A program made the position numbers and the translations under genes. The notes beneath the pieces are model-generated. The model saw only the letters and a program-made list of their open reading frames with translations, was not told where the DNA came from and made no database searches. A stretch of 64,000 nt of DNA from Gekko japonicus (taxonomy: Eukaryota), in NCBI RefSeq assembly GCF_001447785.1, contig NW_015170278.1, forward strand, positions 273,292 through 337,291, in the 5' to 3' direction. Positions 1 through 12,452 of the stretch are shown in pieces (the first letter of the stretch is position 1; each line of letters begins with the position of its first letter).

Positions 1-385
1 CCCATGATTTTTGAGCTTACTTAGGAGCCTTTGATGAGGAACTTTATCAAAAGCTTTCTGGAAGTCAAGGTAAACAATATCTATTGGATCCCCCTTGTCC
101 ACATGTTTGTTCATCCCCTCAAAGAACATTAACAGGTTAGTGAGACAAGATCTTCCCTTACAGAACCCATGTTGAGTCTGCCTCAATAGGTTTTGTTCAT
201 CTATGTGCCTACTAATTCTTTCCTTAATAATGGTTTCCACCAATTTACCCGGTATCGACGTCAGACTGACTGGCCTGTAATTTCCCGGATCTCCTCTGGA
301 ACCCTTTTTAAAGATGGGAGTGACATTAGCTACCTTCCAGTCCTCAGGAATGGAGGCTGATTTTAAGGAGAGATTACATATTTAC
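1..385 (-). mobile_element. CR1 LINE ORF2 (RT) fragment
   Basis: The minus strand encodes CR1 RT motifs (NYRPVSLTSIPGKLVE, QHGFCKGRSCLTNLL, DIVYLDFQKAFDKVPH). Confidence 0.9.
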
Positions 386-590
386 ATATTCCCTTCCCCT
401 CCCCACAACAGACACCTTGTGAGGTGGGTGGGGCTGAGAGAACTCTGACACAAACTGCTCTTTCAAGAACAGCTGTGACAGAGCTTGTGACTGACCCAAG
501 GTCACATCAGCAGGTGCAAGTGGAGGAGTGGGGAATCAAACCCGGTTCTCCCAGATTATAGTCCGCACACTTAACCACTACATCAAACTG
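386..590 (-). mobile_element. tRNA-derived Squam3-type SINE (tail truncated)
   Basis: Reverse complement of the SINE at 18653 and 43132: tRNA-like head (GGTTAAGTGTGCGGAC...GGTTTGATTCCC) and the same body. Confidence 0.85.
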
Positions 591-1668
591 ACTATGCTAC
601 AGCATTTGATTGTGTGGATCACAACAAACTATGGCAAGTCCTTAAAGAGATGGGAGTACCAGACCACCTCACATGTCTCTTGAGAAACCTGTATAAGGGT
701 CAAGAAGCGACAGTTAGAACCGGATATGGAACAACTGATTGGTTTAGCATAGGCAAAGTAGTACGACAAGGATGTATATTGTCCCCTTGCTTATTTAATT
801 TATATGCAGAGTACATCATGTGAAATGCCAGCCTGGATGAGTCAGAAGCCGGAATTAAGATTGCTGGGAAAAACATCAACAACCTCAGATATGCAGACGA
901 TACCACTCTAATGGCAGAAAGTGAAGAGGACCTAAAGAGCCTCTTGCTAATGGTGAAAGAGGAGAGTGCAAAGGTTGGCTTGAAACTCAACATCAAAAAA
1001 ATGAAGGTCATGGTATCCAGACCCATCACTCCTTGGCAAATAGAAGGCGAAGTAATGAAAGCAGTGACAGACTTCATGTTCCTGGGATCCAAGATCATTG
1101 CAGACGGTGACTGCAGCCATGCAATTAAAAAATGCCTGCTCCTGGGGAGGAAAGTGATGGGAAACCTAGACAGCATATTAAAAAATAGAGACATCACCCT
1201 GCCAACAAAAGTCCATATGGTCAAAACAATGGTATTCCCAGTAGTCATGTATGGCTGTGAGAGTTGGACTATAAGGAAGGCCAAGCGCTGAAGAATAGAT
1301 TATTTTGAATTATGATGCTGGGGAAGACTCTTGAGAGTCCCCTGGATTGCAAGGAGATCAAATCAGTCAATCCTAAAAGAAATCAACCCTGACTGTTCCC
1401 TGGAAGGCCAGATACTGAAGCTGAAGCTCAAATACTTTGGCCACCAAATGAGAAGGGAGCAGTCACTGGAGAAGACCCTGATGCTGGGAAAGATTGAAGG
1501 TCAAAGAAGAAGGGGATGGCAAAGGATGAGATGGTTAGACAGTGTTGTCGAGGCAACGAACATGAAATTAAGCAACTTCCGGAGTATGACGGAAGACAGG
1601 AGGGCCTGGCGTGATGTGGTCCATGGGGTCGCGAAGAGTCGGTCTTGACTGTGCGGCTGAACAACAAA
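591..1668 (+). mobile_element. BovB/RTE LINE, 5'-truncated and inactivated
   Basis: ORFs 614-823, 911-1291 and 1331-1648 are one frame broken by stops, with RTE motifs (RQGCILSPCLFNLY, RYADD, MYGCESWTI, GKIEG.RRRG.QRMRWLD). The 3' end is GGGGTCGCGAAGAGTCGG...CTGAACAACAA. Confidence 0.95.
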
Positions 1669-2524
1669 GCCAGCCAAAGTCCCTTCTTGTAATTTTGTTA
1701 TTGTTTATTATTGTAATTGTGCACTGAATATCCGTTAAAAAGAGCAATGGCTTTGGTAAAGTATTAAGTGAAAAACAAATAATGAAGTTCCTCTTCCACA
1801 TGCCCAGGGAGCAATAGTTGATAATGTTCAATTGATGAATGGGTGCTGAGGAACAGGTGGCCTGTGGGAAAATAGGAAATAATTAATTATGCTGGAAAGA
1901 TTAAAAATGTAAAAGGATATTAGCCCTGGGAAGCCTCAATAGTGCTTTGACTGTCTGTGCAGCACAGCCTGGTACAGTCATATTTAAGGTTTTTAAAATT
2001 AGTTTTATTACATTTAAACATAATGGAACAAATCCAGTCAACCATCAAGATTCAACAATACACATGTGGAACAAGGGAAAAAAATATTTAGGTACATACA
2101 AGTGGGAGATGTATGAGGACTTGCAGGGTCATCTCATTTCCCTGCCCGCATTGTCTCCTCTGTCCTTTCCCTGGCTTCCTTCTCTTTCCTGTGCTTCCTT
2201 CTCTTCTTCCCACCCACCAGCCAACCTAACAATCTGCGCCCCCCCCCCCATTTCAGCTTTCCCTCATATCCTCCCCCCTGGCAGCCACTCCCTTGGAAAA
2301 GTTTGGCTGTATTGTGTTGTGCCAGATGGGCTGTGCTGGGCCAAGTTACACAGCAGGAAGCAGGGAAGAGTTTGAAAGAAGCACTTTATTTTTTCCTATA
2401 TTCCTCTTCCCACACTGCTTTCTCCTCCTAGCAGTTCCCATATAATCAGCTTCTCTCCTTCTCACCCACCCACTCCACCTTTTATCTGCCCTTCATCTTC
2501 AGCTATATTTATTGTTTATTATTT

Positions 2525-2742
2525 ACTTAATTTATGTCCCGCCTTTCTCCCCAATGTTAACCCAAAGCAATTTACATCAATCTTCTCTCCTTTTTACCCT
2601 CACAACAACCCTATTAAGTAGGTTAGGGTGAGAATGTGTGAGTGACCCAAAGTCACCCAGTGAAGATCCGCAGCAGAGTGGGGATTCAAACCTGTGTCTC
2701 CTGGATCCAAATCTGAAACTCTAACCACAGCACCACACTGGC
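2525..2742 (-). mobile_element. older MIR/Squam3-like SINE
   Basis: Degenerate similarity to the Squam3 copies (cacaacaaccct..gtaggttagg..tgacccaaagtcacccag..gggattcaaacc..ctctaaccac). Confidence 0.6.
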
Positions 2743-3564
2743 TTTTGTGGGGTGACTGCTATTGAACAGCAGCAAGCAGCAGCAAGAAGCTGGACTTGAT
2801 TAAGTCATGCACTTGGTAGCACGTCATTCATGAAGGCTACTGGCCCTGGCCATAATGAGTCCTCCCTCAAAGGCTAAAATAGCCCTGGAAAGCTCCTGCC
2901 CCCCATCATTGCTGACAGAAACCAATGCTGGCAATACCTTTGTGGGTGCCTAGCAATTACCCCACTGTTTTTTAAGACACCAGGTTTTTCTGCAAACTTG
3001 GCGGTTTTCTCATGTTTGTAGAAAGATCTGTGCTCTCTGTTCATGGCTCCAGTCTCTAGATTTAAATATCTACCTATGGGACCTTTAAAATTAGTGATAT
3101 TGATATGTAACATAGAAGGGGGGGGACTATATACTAAGTTCTACTCTTAGGCTCACAAAACCCTATATAACTATATATTTTCACATACACAAAAATTACA
3201 CAACTATTAAATTCTACATTTAACTGCAAATCTTGAGTTCAAAAGTCAAGAAAGTTTCCATCCTCAAGTAAAATTGGGTTTTGATAATCTCCCATCCTTT
3301 AATCACATTAATCCTGTTCATATAGTACATTGAACAACTTTTACATTTAAATGTTTTGAGCTGTGTGCATCTTAGGTCTTAGCTTTGTGCATCTTAGCAA
3401 CTGCCATGAAGTATCTAAAGCCATTGCTCTGTACTTTGAAGAAATGGGGTCAGATAGAAGATCAAGTAGTACTGCTTCTAGGTATTATGGAATACTCAGT
3501 CATATGGAATATGTTTCTTAATTTTTTTTTGCCAGAAACCATTTACATAAGGACATGCCACCAC

Positions 3565-3773
3565 CAGTGTTCCCTCTAAGCCGAGTTAATGTGAGCTAGC
3601 ACACCATTTTTTTAGCCTCCAGCTCACACATTTTTGTCTTAGCTCAGGAAGGGATGGCTCCAGAGCAAACTAATTTATGCAGTAGCCACATCGCTCACTC
3701 ACAACTTTAATGCCAGTAGCTCACAAAGTAGAATTTTTTGCTCACAAGACTCCACACCTTAGAGGGAACACTG
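3565..3773 (+). mobile_element. hAT non-autonomous MITE
   Basis: Perfect 16-bp TIRs CAGTGTTCCCTCTAAG/CTTAGAGGGAACACTG and a perfect 8-bp TSD GCCACCAC. Confidence 0.93.
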
Positions 3774-4559
3774 GCCACCACATGTCCAACATATATTTTT
3801 GTGTCTTTTTAATCTTATTCATTTTATGTGGAGTCATACACCATAACTATAGCACCCTATACATCTTTTCTTTCATGCTTACATATGGTGGAAGCTGCCA
3901 GTGACAGGAAAACATCATGCCATTTGTCAATAGAAATGGTATTCTTACATATTCTCTCCCAATTTGTTTTTTTTTTTAAGAAACCCTGGGTCATCTGCAG
4001 GAATTAATTATAAAAGACACAGATGTTACACCTTAAAGTTCTTTCTCATAGAAAATTAAGTTTTTGAAGTTTGTTAATTCTGTCTGAATATGTGACACTG
4101 ATTATCTGGAGTTTATAAAATACCAAAGCTAAAAATATTGAAACCAATAAACTCTAATATTCTTCTGTATCTAAAAATTGCCAAAGATCAAGCCTGAAAA
4201 AATGTGAGATAGCAACACAGATCACTGAACTGGAATGGGTTGCCAACATCTCAATTCCATTAAAAATTAATAAAATAAACTAAGAAGGCATTATTATAAT
4301 TATGACAGTGCGGTGATAAAAGTCATACTCAGCACATGGGACCAAATAAAGAGTAAGCTACACATGAAACCCTGCCTTTAGCGCTGCAGTTACAGACATT
4401 ATATTTTAACATGGTTTAGCTTTTTCCCACTTAAGGAAGTTGGAATCGACTGCAACTAACACATACAGAGATTTAATAATAAATAATAAAATAATATTAT
4501 GTAATGATGTTAAAGGTCATACTAACTGGGATATTTTGGTTTTTTTACTATCAGCAAGT

Positions 4560-5350
4560 CAAAGATTATCTATGTGATGTGTTATGGGAGGTTTTTTTGT
4601 TCGTATTCTGTCAAAAATTGAGAAAACCTTTTTTTCAAATCCATATACGATTTTATTGAATGTATTAATTAAACCTGAAAATTGTTTTCTTATAAGAAGG
4701 CAAAAAGATACTGGTAGCGATTTGGATGAGGAAAGTGGAGATATATATTTACATATGGAACCACCTTTATTATTTGCCTCTTTTATAGAGAAAGTCTGAA
4801 GAAAATGATCCATCAATGGCACTTTCGGGATAGCAAAGAACTATGGAACTGGGAGTAGTAAGTGATGGTTTTGTGAGGTAGAAAAGACAATTTTTTTCCA
4901 TATGTGGTGGACACGTAAAGGGTCAATAGATTAGTGGAAACAAGTGACAGAAATTATATCAATCAGATTGGAGAAACAGATTCTTTATTAAGCTGAGATC
5001 TTATTGGTAAGTTGTGCAGTTGACACTCCTGAAAATCATAAGCAGTGGCTTTACAGTATGATAACTCCAGCCAGATAGTTCTTTGGTAGGAACTGGAAGA
5101 AAAAATAGGCCTGTGGCTGGCTGATTAAAATAAAAGAGACCTCCACATTGGTGAAACTAACTAACAAAACAGAAATACTTACAGATTAGACTCAGTATGG
5201 TCAAGGGTTGTGCAAAGAATGGAACTTGCAACAAAATGTATGAAAGAGAGTTCTTAATTTCATAGGGTTTTAGTGGTTTGGTTAGACACACTTGCCTTGT
5301 ATCTTTTTAGGAAGCATATCTTTTTATTGTATTGAATAAGTTTTTAAAAA
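4560..5350 (+). mobile_element. degraded L1-like ORF2 3' fragments
   Basis: A-rich strand with a remnant FFHMWWT.K zinc-knuckle-region motif (~4895-4920) and W-rich C-terminal remnants. Confidence 0.5.
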
Positions 5351-6438
5351 CTGAGTGACTAAATAATGGCAATTCAAGACCATCACTAGTCTGAAGACCA
5401 TTGTTCATACTTTTTGTGACCTCAGCATTTTGTTGTAATGAGCTGTACATGCAAATGCAACTGATAGTTGATGCAGATTTCATTGGCTCAGCACCCTTTT
5501 GATTGGGAAGGTATGGCAATTGCTGTAAGTATGTTTTTCCACATACATATTTGTAATATTAGTTAAAATAGTGTGATGCAGCTTGAAATATAATCAATTT
5601 TAGATCTGATTGACCCATTTAGATCATGGATTATTATTTGTAATGCTTTTCTTTATGTAATGAAGGATTTATACAACATTAGATTATAAAAATGGCTTAT
5701 AAAACCTTAGGAATGATTTAAAAGTATTGTTGCATATTAAGTAGTAATTTAGGCTTTATAGGTGCTGAGTTTTATTAGCAATAAAATTTACCTGAAATCC
5801 TAATGAGATAATAATCTGTTTTACTATAGTAATATTCCTTTAGCACTAACCACAAGCTGAATGCTATGAATGCCATGGTTGATGCCCTGTGAATTTAACA
5901 GGCTATAGTAAAAACCAGACAAATGTGTTGGGAGTAGCTAGGTTAGAAAATACAATGGGAAAATAATAGTAGTAGAAGAGTTTTCGTGGCATCTTTTTCC
6001 AAATGAAGGCCAACAAACAGAACATAGAGACCAAGGCCTTACATTCATGTTGGCTCCTACCACTGTTCTTCAGAGATTTACTGAATGGGATGTAGATGAA
6101 AAGAACATTAGAAACAGTAAAGGAGTCTGTTTCAGGCAATGGGAGTAGTGAAGGAGCAGGGACAGCAGTTGCTTGAAAATTTCAGTTCGTGGAATTTTTT
6201 GCACTCTGTAATTTGTCCCTTTCTCTGTTTTTCACTGAAATGTTTATGTTGCAGATTACAAACTCCATACACAAGGCAGACTTTAAATGTATATTTCATT
6301 CTGAGGGGCCTAAGAAACTTTCCCTTTATTATCTTTTATCTTAAAGATAAAACACATTTATCAGGCGACATGAAATGTCATGCTGTTGCCGGTCCAAGAT
6401 CTGAAGTGGGAAGGATGAGAGAACACAGAACCTGGAAG

Positions 6439-6633
6439 TTGTCCTGTGTGTGTAAAGTGCCATCAAGTTGCAGCTGACTTATGGCGACCTTAACAAGGGG
6501 CTTGCAAGACAAGTGAGAAGCAGAGGCAGTTTGACATAGCCTTCCTCTACAGAGTCTTCCTTGGTGATATCTCTTCCAAGTATTGACCCTGCTTTGCATC
6601 CAAGATCTGACGAGATCAAGCTATACCATGCCA
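6439..6633 (-). mobile_element. 5S rRNA-headed SINE with RTE/BovB-type tail
   Basis: The minus strand has GATCTCGTCAGATCTTGGATGCAAAGCAGGGTC...TACTTGGA (5S-like) and the tail GGTCGCCATAAGTCAGCTGCAACTTGATGGCAC followed by (AC)n. Confidence 0.8.
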
Positions 6634-6765
6634 ACTTCCCTAGTAGTTGTCCTAGACCAGACACTATTTTGTATGCACCATATTTGTTATGCTTAATCAC
6701 TCAAAGTAACATTTTAACAGCAAGGAGTGAAATTGGGCCAACCAACTCTCATAAATTTCACTATC

Positions 6766-6978
6766 CTAGCCCTGACCTGGATAGCCAAGGGTAGCTCAAT
6801 CTCATCAGATCTCAGAAGCTAAGCAGGGTTGGCCCTAGTTAATCTTTGGATAGGAGACCACCAAGGAATACCAGGATCACAACACAGAGGCAGGCAACAG
6901 CAAACCAACTCTGAATGTCTCTTACCTTGAAAACCCTACGGGGTCACCATAAGTTGGCTGTGACTTGACAGCAAAAAA
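6766..6978 (+). mobile_element. 5S rRNA-headed SINE with RTE/BovB-type tail
   Basis: ATCTCATCAGATCTCAGAAGCTAAGCAGGGTTGGCCCTAGTTAATCTTTGGATAGGAGACC resembles the 5S rRNA internal promoter (A box, IE, C box). The tail is GGGGTCACCATAAGTTGGCTGTGACTTGACAGC. Confidence 0.85.
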
Positions 6979-7116
6979 AGGTTGTTTCTTTATTTCTGCA
7001 AAACATAATTTCAGACATGTTAGAAGAAATAGCACTGTGCCTCTTTAATTGCCACACAAAAAGTAAATTGAAATTAGGTTTCTATCTCAAGGACTACAAA
7101 ATAATATTTACCTATT

Positions 7117-7202
7117 AATGCCATCCTAAATAGTTCCCTCTTTCTAAGCCCATTGACATAAATGGATAAAGAAGGGTATAATTCTTCTTAGGATTGCAGT
7201 GT
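7117..7202. repeat. ~90 bp hairpin MITE-like element (GCAATCCTA...TAGGATTGC family)
   Basis: Imperfect terminal inverted repeats. Related copies lie at about 21498-21587 and 40904-40992. Confidence 0.6.
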
Positions 7203-8962
7203 AAGCAATCATCTATAGAGAAAAAGGAAGCTTGTCTACCAGTCTTGCAGAGGTGCTTATAATCAAAGAATACCCTGAGTCTTGCTTTGAAAGAAAAGCA
7301 TATTGGAAATATTTAAGTAAATTATAGCTATTGTTTACAGAAGAAATCTGAAAACCTAGAACATAGATGGAAGTTACTGTACTGGGACCAAACTGAGGCT
7401 GTATGTGGATTATATGTGCTCCATTCCAGGTTCCCTCTTGTCAGTTGTTAATGCAAATTCTGAAGTTCCACAGGCATTCTTGTGAGACTCTACAGTAACT
7501 CTCAGATGCAATAAGTCCATTTATGGATTTTATTATAGAAATCAGAAGAGCTGCAGGTGAATCAAACTCTTTGACAGTAATGGCAAATAATACAAAATTA
7601 TGATCTATGAGAATTCTGGTTCAGCCCACATTCATACGTCATGGTTACATGTGACAGAGACAGGTTAACAAAGTGCCAACTATAATGGTGTGAACATTTA
7701 TCTGAAATACTTCCTACAAGGCCATGAGAACTTAGAAACGCAAATAATCTCCTGGCCTCCATGTGGGAGGACACTTATACAGAGGTACAAAGCACTCTAT
7801 CTACAATACACATTCAAGCATGTCTCAACCACCCCCCACATCCTGAGAATGTCAGAGGAGGAACTGTGTAAACCAGTTGATACATTGCTAGCAGGTGTTA
7901 CATGAAGGATGGGAACTACAAGCAGGGATGAGAACGCAGAGATAAGCATGCAGAGACAGTTAAGAAGCAAGCAAGCTATGTACATCAGAACACCAGTGTG
8001 CATGTAGTCTGACCTGACACTCCAACCGAGGGCATGACGCTCAGAGATCTGATTCTGACAATTATTGAGGAAACAAAAGGCACAGGCAGTATTTATACTG
8101 GCTCTTAATGGTTCAGAGGATTCATACTGCACGTGTAGTTCTGGTACTATGGCGACCTTAGAGCTGGTGCCAGGCTTGTAGCCACAGTGATGCACAAAGG
8201 GGCGTGGCCACATCAATAATTTTTCATGCCTCTCCAATCAGCACCAATCAGACTGTCACAAGTCTTCTGCCAAAGAGAGAGGGTGTTTCCTTCCCTCCTC
8301 CTACCTCTCTCCCTGGCTTTGCCAATGAGGGAGAGATTCTCCTTCCCTCCCCCGCCTCCTTCTCAGGCTTTCCCTTTGCACTTTTCTTCCTGCACAAAGT
8401 ATTTGATTTGGCTGTGCTCTGAAGCATGTGACAAAGTCATTTTCCCGCCTTAGCTTGCTAGCTCGTGCCAGTCATGGATTCCTCTGATCAGCAGCACAAT
8501 AACACATTAAGGTAGAAACTTTTTTTTGCTCTATTTTAGCCCAGGTAGGGAGTGTTCATAGGTGGCTGGAATTGGGGTGGTGGCAGCAGAAGCAGCCTCT
8601 GTATTCTGCCTTTCACAAGTGGACTCATGGACATTTTACAGTGTGTGCTGGTAACCATGCAGCTGTTTTGGCCCTCTAAAACACTTGGGGTGGAGGGAAA
8701 GCGTTCTGCACCATAAGCCCACAGTGGAGCTCAGCAGTTTAAAGTCACTGTAAAATGACTGGTAATGAATTGGTGCTGGCAACAATTTTGCCTTCTCTTT
8801 TAACTGGGCTCAGCAAGGGGTAGGTTTCAATCTCTGTATCTGTAACAGGGAGCCTCCTCAGCTTCTCTTCCCGTCTGTGTGAAGCAAAAAAGCCACCCTT
8901 CCTCTGCATGCCAGGCAGGCTATAGATGCAAAGGAAAAGTGTGTGCGCGCGCACATACTTGC

Positions 8963-9161
8963 TAGGGTTGCCAACTCCATGCTCGAAAATTCCTAGAGAT
9001 TTGGGGGTTGGAGCCTGGGGAAAGTTGGGGAGGGACATTAATCAGGTATAATACCTTAGAGTCTGTCCTCTAAAGTAGCCATTTTCTCCAGGGGAAGTGA
9101 TTTCTCAGGTATGGTGATCACTTGTAATTCTGGGAGATCTCCAGGCTCCATCTGTAGGTTG
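8963..9161 (+). mobile_element. TAGGGTTGCCA-TIR MITE, right end interrupted
   Basis: Left TIR TAGGGTTGCCA plus the family core (ccattttctccagggga..tgatc..ttgtaattctgggagatctccagg). The same family recurs at about 20402, 32566, 58850-59314, 59696-60468 and 60536, and inside the Helitrons. Confidence 0.75.
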
Positions 9162-9880
9162 TCATGGGCCAGTTTGATGTGCCTGAGTCCAGTGTGGCTG
9201 AAGACTCCCCAGGAGTTGAGGAGCCACATGCAGCCAGCTCTGAACCAGCTAAAGTTAGTGAATTAGAGATACAGGAGCCTCAAGATTCATTGCTGGCAGC
9301 TGACTTTGACTGCATAGCTCTGAAGTAGCCGAGGAGGCTGCAGGAGAGTAGCCCACCAGGCTCCTCTTCATCAATTGAGCAGTGAAGAGAAAGGCTCGGA
9401 CAAGACTTAAGAACATGCAGACGGTGTGCTCACCTCTTGGGTCCGTGCCAGCTGTTTAATGATAGCAGTTTTGAGTAAGTGCAGGAGCACCTCCAAGCAG
9501 ATGGCTGTAAATCAGGCTTCTTAAGGAATGCCTATATAAATCAGACCTGGAGAACTGCAGATTGTGGAAGCAACTTGTCACAAACCTTTAAGCTTTGCGA
9601 CCACAATGCTGGACTCTGCCTGCAACCTTTGCTTTTCGGAGCTGCCTGAACCTTGCTGATTTATTTATTTATTAATTTATTATTTACATTTGTATCCCGC
9701 CCTCCCCGGAGGCTCAGGGCGGCTTGGACTGCCTTGACTCTGCTTTGCTGAACAACCCATGAACTCTGGCTGCTGCTAAACTGGTATTTGACCTCTGGAC
9801 TTGATTGTGATCTTGCTCTGTGGCCTAGCTCTGTTGCCTTACTCTGTTGGTATTCCAGGACACCTATTGTATTCCATCCT
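9159..9880 (+). mobile_element. probable LTR-like insertion, containing an L2 3'-tail fragment at about 9659-9725
   Basis: Begins TGTCATG where the MITE right TIR breaks off and has a TATA-like cctatataaa. The right boundary is unclear. Confidence 0.4.
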
Positions 9881-10064
9881 GAGTGCCTATAGATATCCTT
9901 AAGTCTTCCTATGGCAAGTTATGTGGAGCCAAATCAGAGCAGGGTTTGGGGCTTTTTTTTGGGGGGGGGGTGAGTTCAACAGAAAATGGTGTCAATCAAA
10001 GGGGCAATTTGTCCAAGACAATGGTGGAATAATCTCCCATATGAGATTTTTTAAATCTTTTACA

Positions 10065-10338
10065 GTTCTGCAGGACCTACAAGAGGGCACTCTTTCGCCA
10101 GGCCTTTAGTTGAGGTAGCGGGCGTCCTGTCCCTCTATCAGGCCTCCCCTTCAGCGGGTCAGATCTGTATTACCATCTGGGAACACCAAACTGAAATAGA
10201 CCTCATCTGTTGAGGCGTTGACTAGAAACATAGGAATTTTGTATTTTATCTGATGTATTTTAATTGGTGGAACCTGCCCTGAGCCTGCTATGTGGGAAGT
10301 GTGTGTTACAAATCCAGTAAATAAATAAATAAATAAAT
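10065..10338 (+). mobile_element. L2 LINE 3' end
   Basis: ORF2 C-terminal remnant (LFRQAF), a 3' UTR ctgccctgagcc..gtgggaag and an (AAAT)n tail. Confidence 0.7.
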
Positions 10339-12251
10339 GCACCTTCCTCTGTGATCTGTTAGCAAAGCCTTATTTTATGCTCAGAGGAAGAACCACTCTT
10401 TTATGGTGATACCTTGGTGGGGGGGATTCCCATTCGGCACACTGCAACCCAGGAACGTGGAAATGGGACAATATGGGGGTGGGAATCTTCATGCGTTTAC
10501 AAGTCTCCATTCATCATGTGTAAATAAAGGAAGGGGATATTTGGTTTTAAACAAAATGGATTATCATTTAAACTTCTTTGTAGAATGATCCCTTGTAGAG
10601 ACTTCGCAGTACATCATAGCTCATTAATAATAAAGTAAATAAATAATGATGTGCTCACCACCACTGTACTCATTTGCCCTCCCCCAATAAAAAATTCTGG
10701 CTACAGGCCTGGCTGGTGCTCTTATCAGAGTGCTGGAGAATATTTCTGGTGAGCTGTAAAAGCAGAGGGGGAAGAGAGACTTCAGCTACCACCATCAGCT
10801 TTAGGATGGGTGCAGCTGTTCACTTAATCACAGAGACTCTCAAGATCTGAGTGGTTGCAGGAAAAAAAACTCTGGAGGAAAGTTAAACCTCTCCTTCCTT
10901 CCCTGAGGTAGTGGGACTCTGGAGGTTGAAGGGTATGACTGGATGGTCAAAGATCTGAAGCAGTAACTTATGGAAGACAGAAGAAAATGCAGTTTATTTA
11001 GAGACAAAAGTTTAAGGCATAAAGGAGAAAACACGGTGGTATTTCGAATAAATTCAGTCATAACTGGAGAGTCAGTTGTCTCAGGCAAAACACAAAGGCA
11101 AAGCAAAATGAAAGCAAAAGCACATTGGACTACCAAAACACATTTTCTAGCATAATCTAAAATACTTTAATTGGAGTCCAACCTTCCTCCTTGAGCTGCC
11201 AGCGTAAGGACGGGGACAGATCAAAGAGCCAATGGTTGCATGGCCCTTTTTGTGGATTATTTGAATTCTAGAACCCATATATCCCATAGACTTGTTTGCA
11301 GTGGGAAACAGATTAGATGTATGTCATTCTGGGGCATATCTGGTATCATGTCACCTTGGAAATCTACTGCCACTAGGAGAAGGTACTTTCAGAGGGTGGA
11401 GAAGGTAGTTGCTCTCTTTAGATCTCAGAGAATATTCTCTTGACAAATGCTGTCCATATTGCAGATGTGAAGCTCCTGATCGCAGATATTTTAAATGAAG
11501 GGGTTCGTATAAGCTTCTCATTGTTTCTTTACGTTTTAGGATGATGGCGTATCTCTCTTCAAAAGCAATGCTTATGGGTTAGTATTCAGGCTTATTTCTT
11601 CAGTATTTTTCAAGGGAAGTGCCTGATGATGATGGCTCTTTGTAGATTGTTTCCTAAAATTTCATACTGCAAATCCTAAATAGTATTTTTCCTGAGCCAA
11701 GAAAAGAATTATTGACAGTGTAAAATTATGCCCTAAATGAGACTTATTTTAAAGGAAGTATAGAATGACTTTGCTTTTCATACTGAGAGTTGGTGACAGC
11801 TCTCTTTTCTCTGTTATCTTCCTCCAGGGATAAAAATTGGCTAGCTCTTTCTCTTTTTGCATTAAAATAGCTGTGCAGACTCAAGAGTCAAGAGTATGAA
11901 ATTTAATGGATGTAGAGCATGTCTGTTGGTCTCTGAATTGTTCCAAGTGCAAAAAATTTAACATCTAAAGCTTTTCCTCCCATGTATTCCTGCAGCAGGC
12001 TTTAGAACAGAACAGCCCCATTGGATTCCACTAGGGATCCATTCAGTCCAACATTCTGTTTCTAACTGTGGCCAGCCAACATGTATTTGAAGCCCACAAG
12101 CAGAGCATGAAGGCATAGTTTACCTAAAAAGCTATTGGAAGTCATATGGCCTCAGCTTCTGGAAAATCCAGTAATCTATCATAGCTAGCATCCATAACAG
12201 ACTCTTTGATTAATCCATGGAGCAAATCAGAAATAGGTCTTAGATTGGTAG

Positions 12252-12452
12252 CAATGCTCCCTCTAACCTATGGAGTCCTGTGAGCAAAAATCCTACTTTG
12301 TGAGCTACTGGCATTAAATTTGTGAGCAGGTGATTTGGCCACTGTATAAATTAGTTTGCTCTGGAGCCATCCTTCCTGAGCTAAGACAAAAATGTGTGAG
12401 CCAGAGGCTAAAAAACTGTGAGCTAGCTCACACTAACTCAGAGGGAACACTG
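12252..12452 (-). mobile_element. hAT MITE (same family as 3565-3773)
   Basis: Reverse-complement copy with TIRs CAATGCTCCCTCT/AGAGGGAACACTG and a perfect 8-bp TSD ATTGGTAG. Confidence 0.92.

Noticed and set aside
700-1284. 194-aa minus-strand ORF
   Set aside because: It is the antisense shadow of the BovB RT.
11540-11577. Possible 38-nt exon (ttttAG...GG|GTTAGT)
   Set aside because: It would frameshift and has no similarity to INPP4B, and such site pairs arise by chance.
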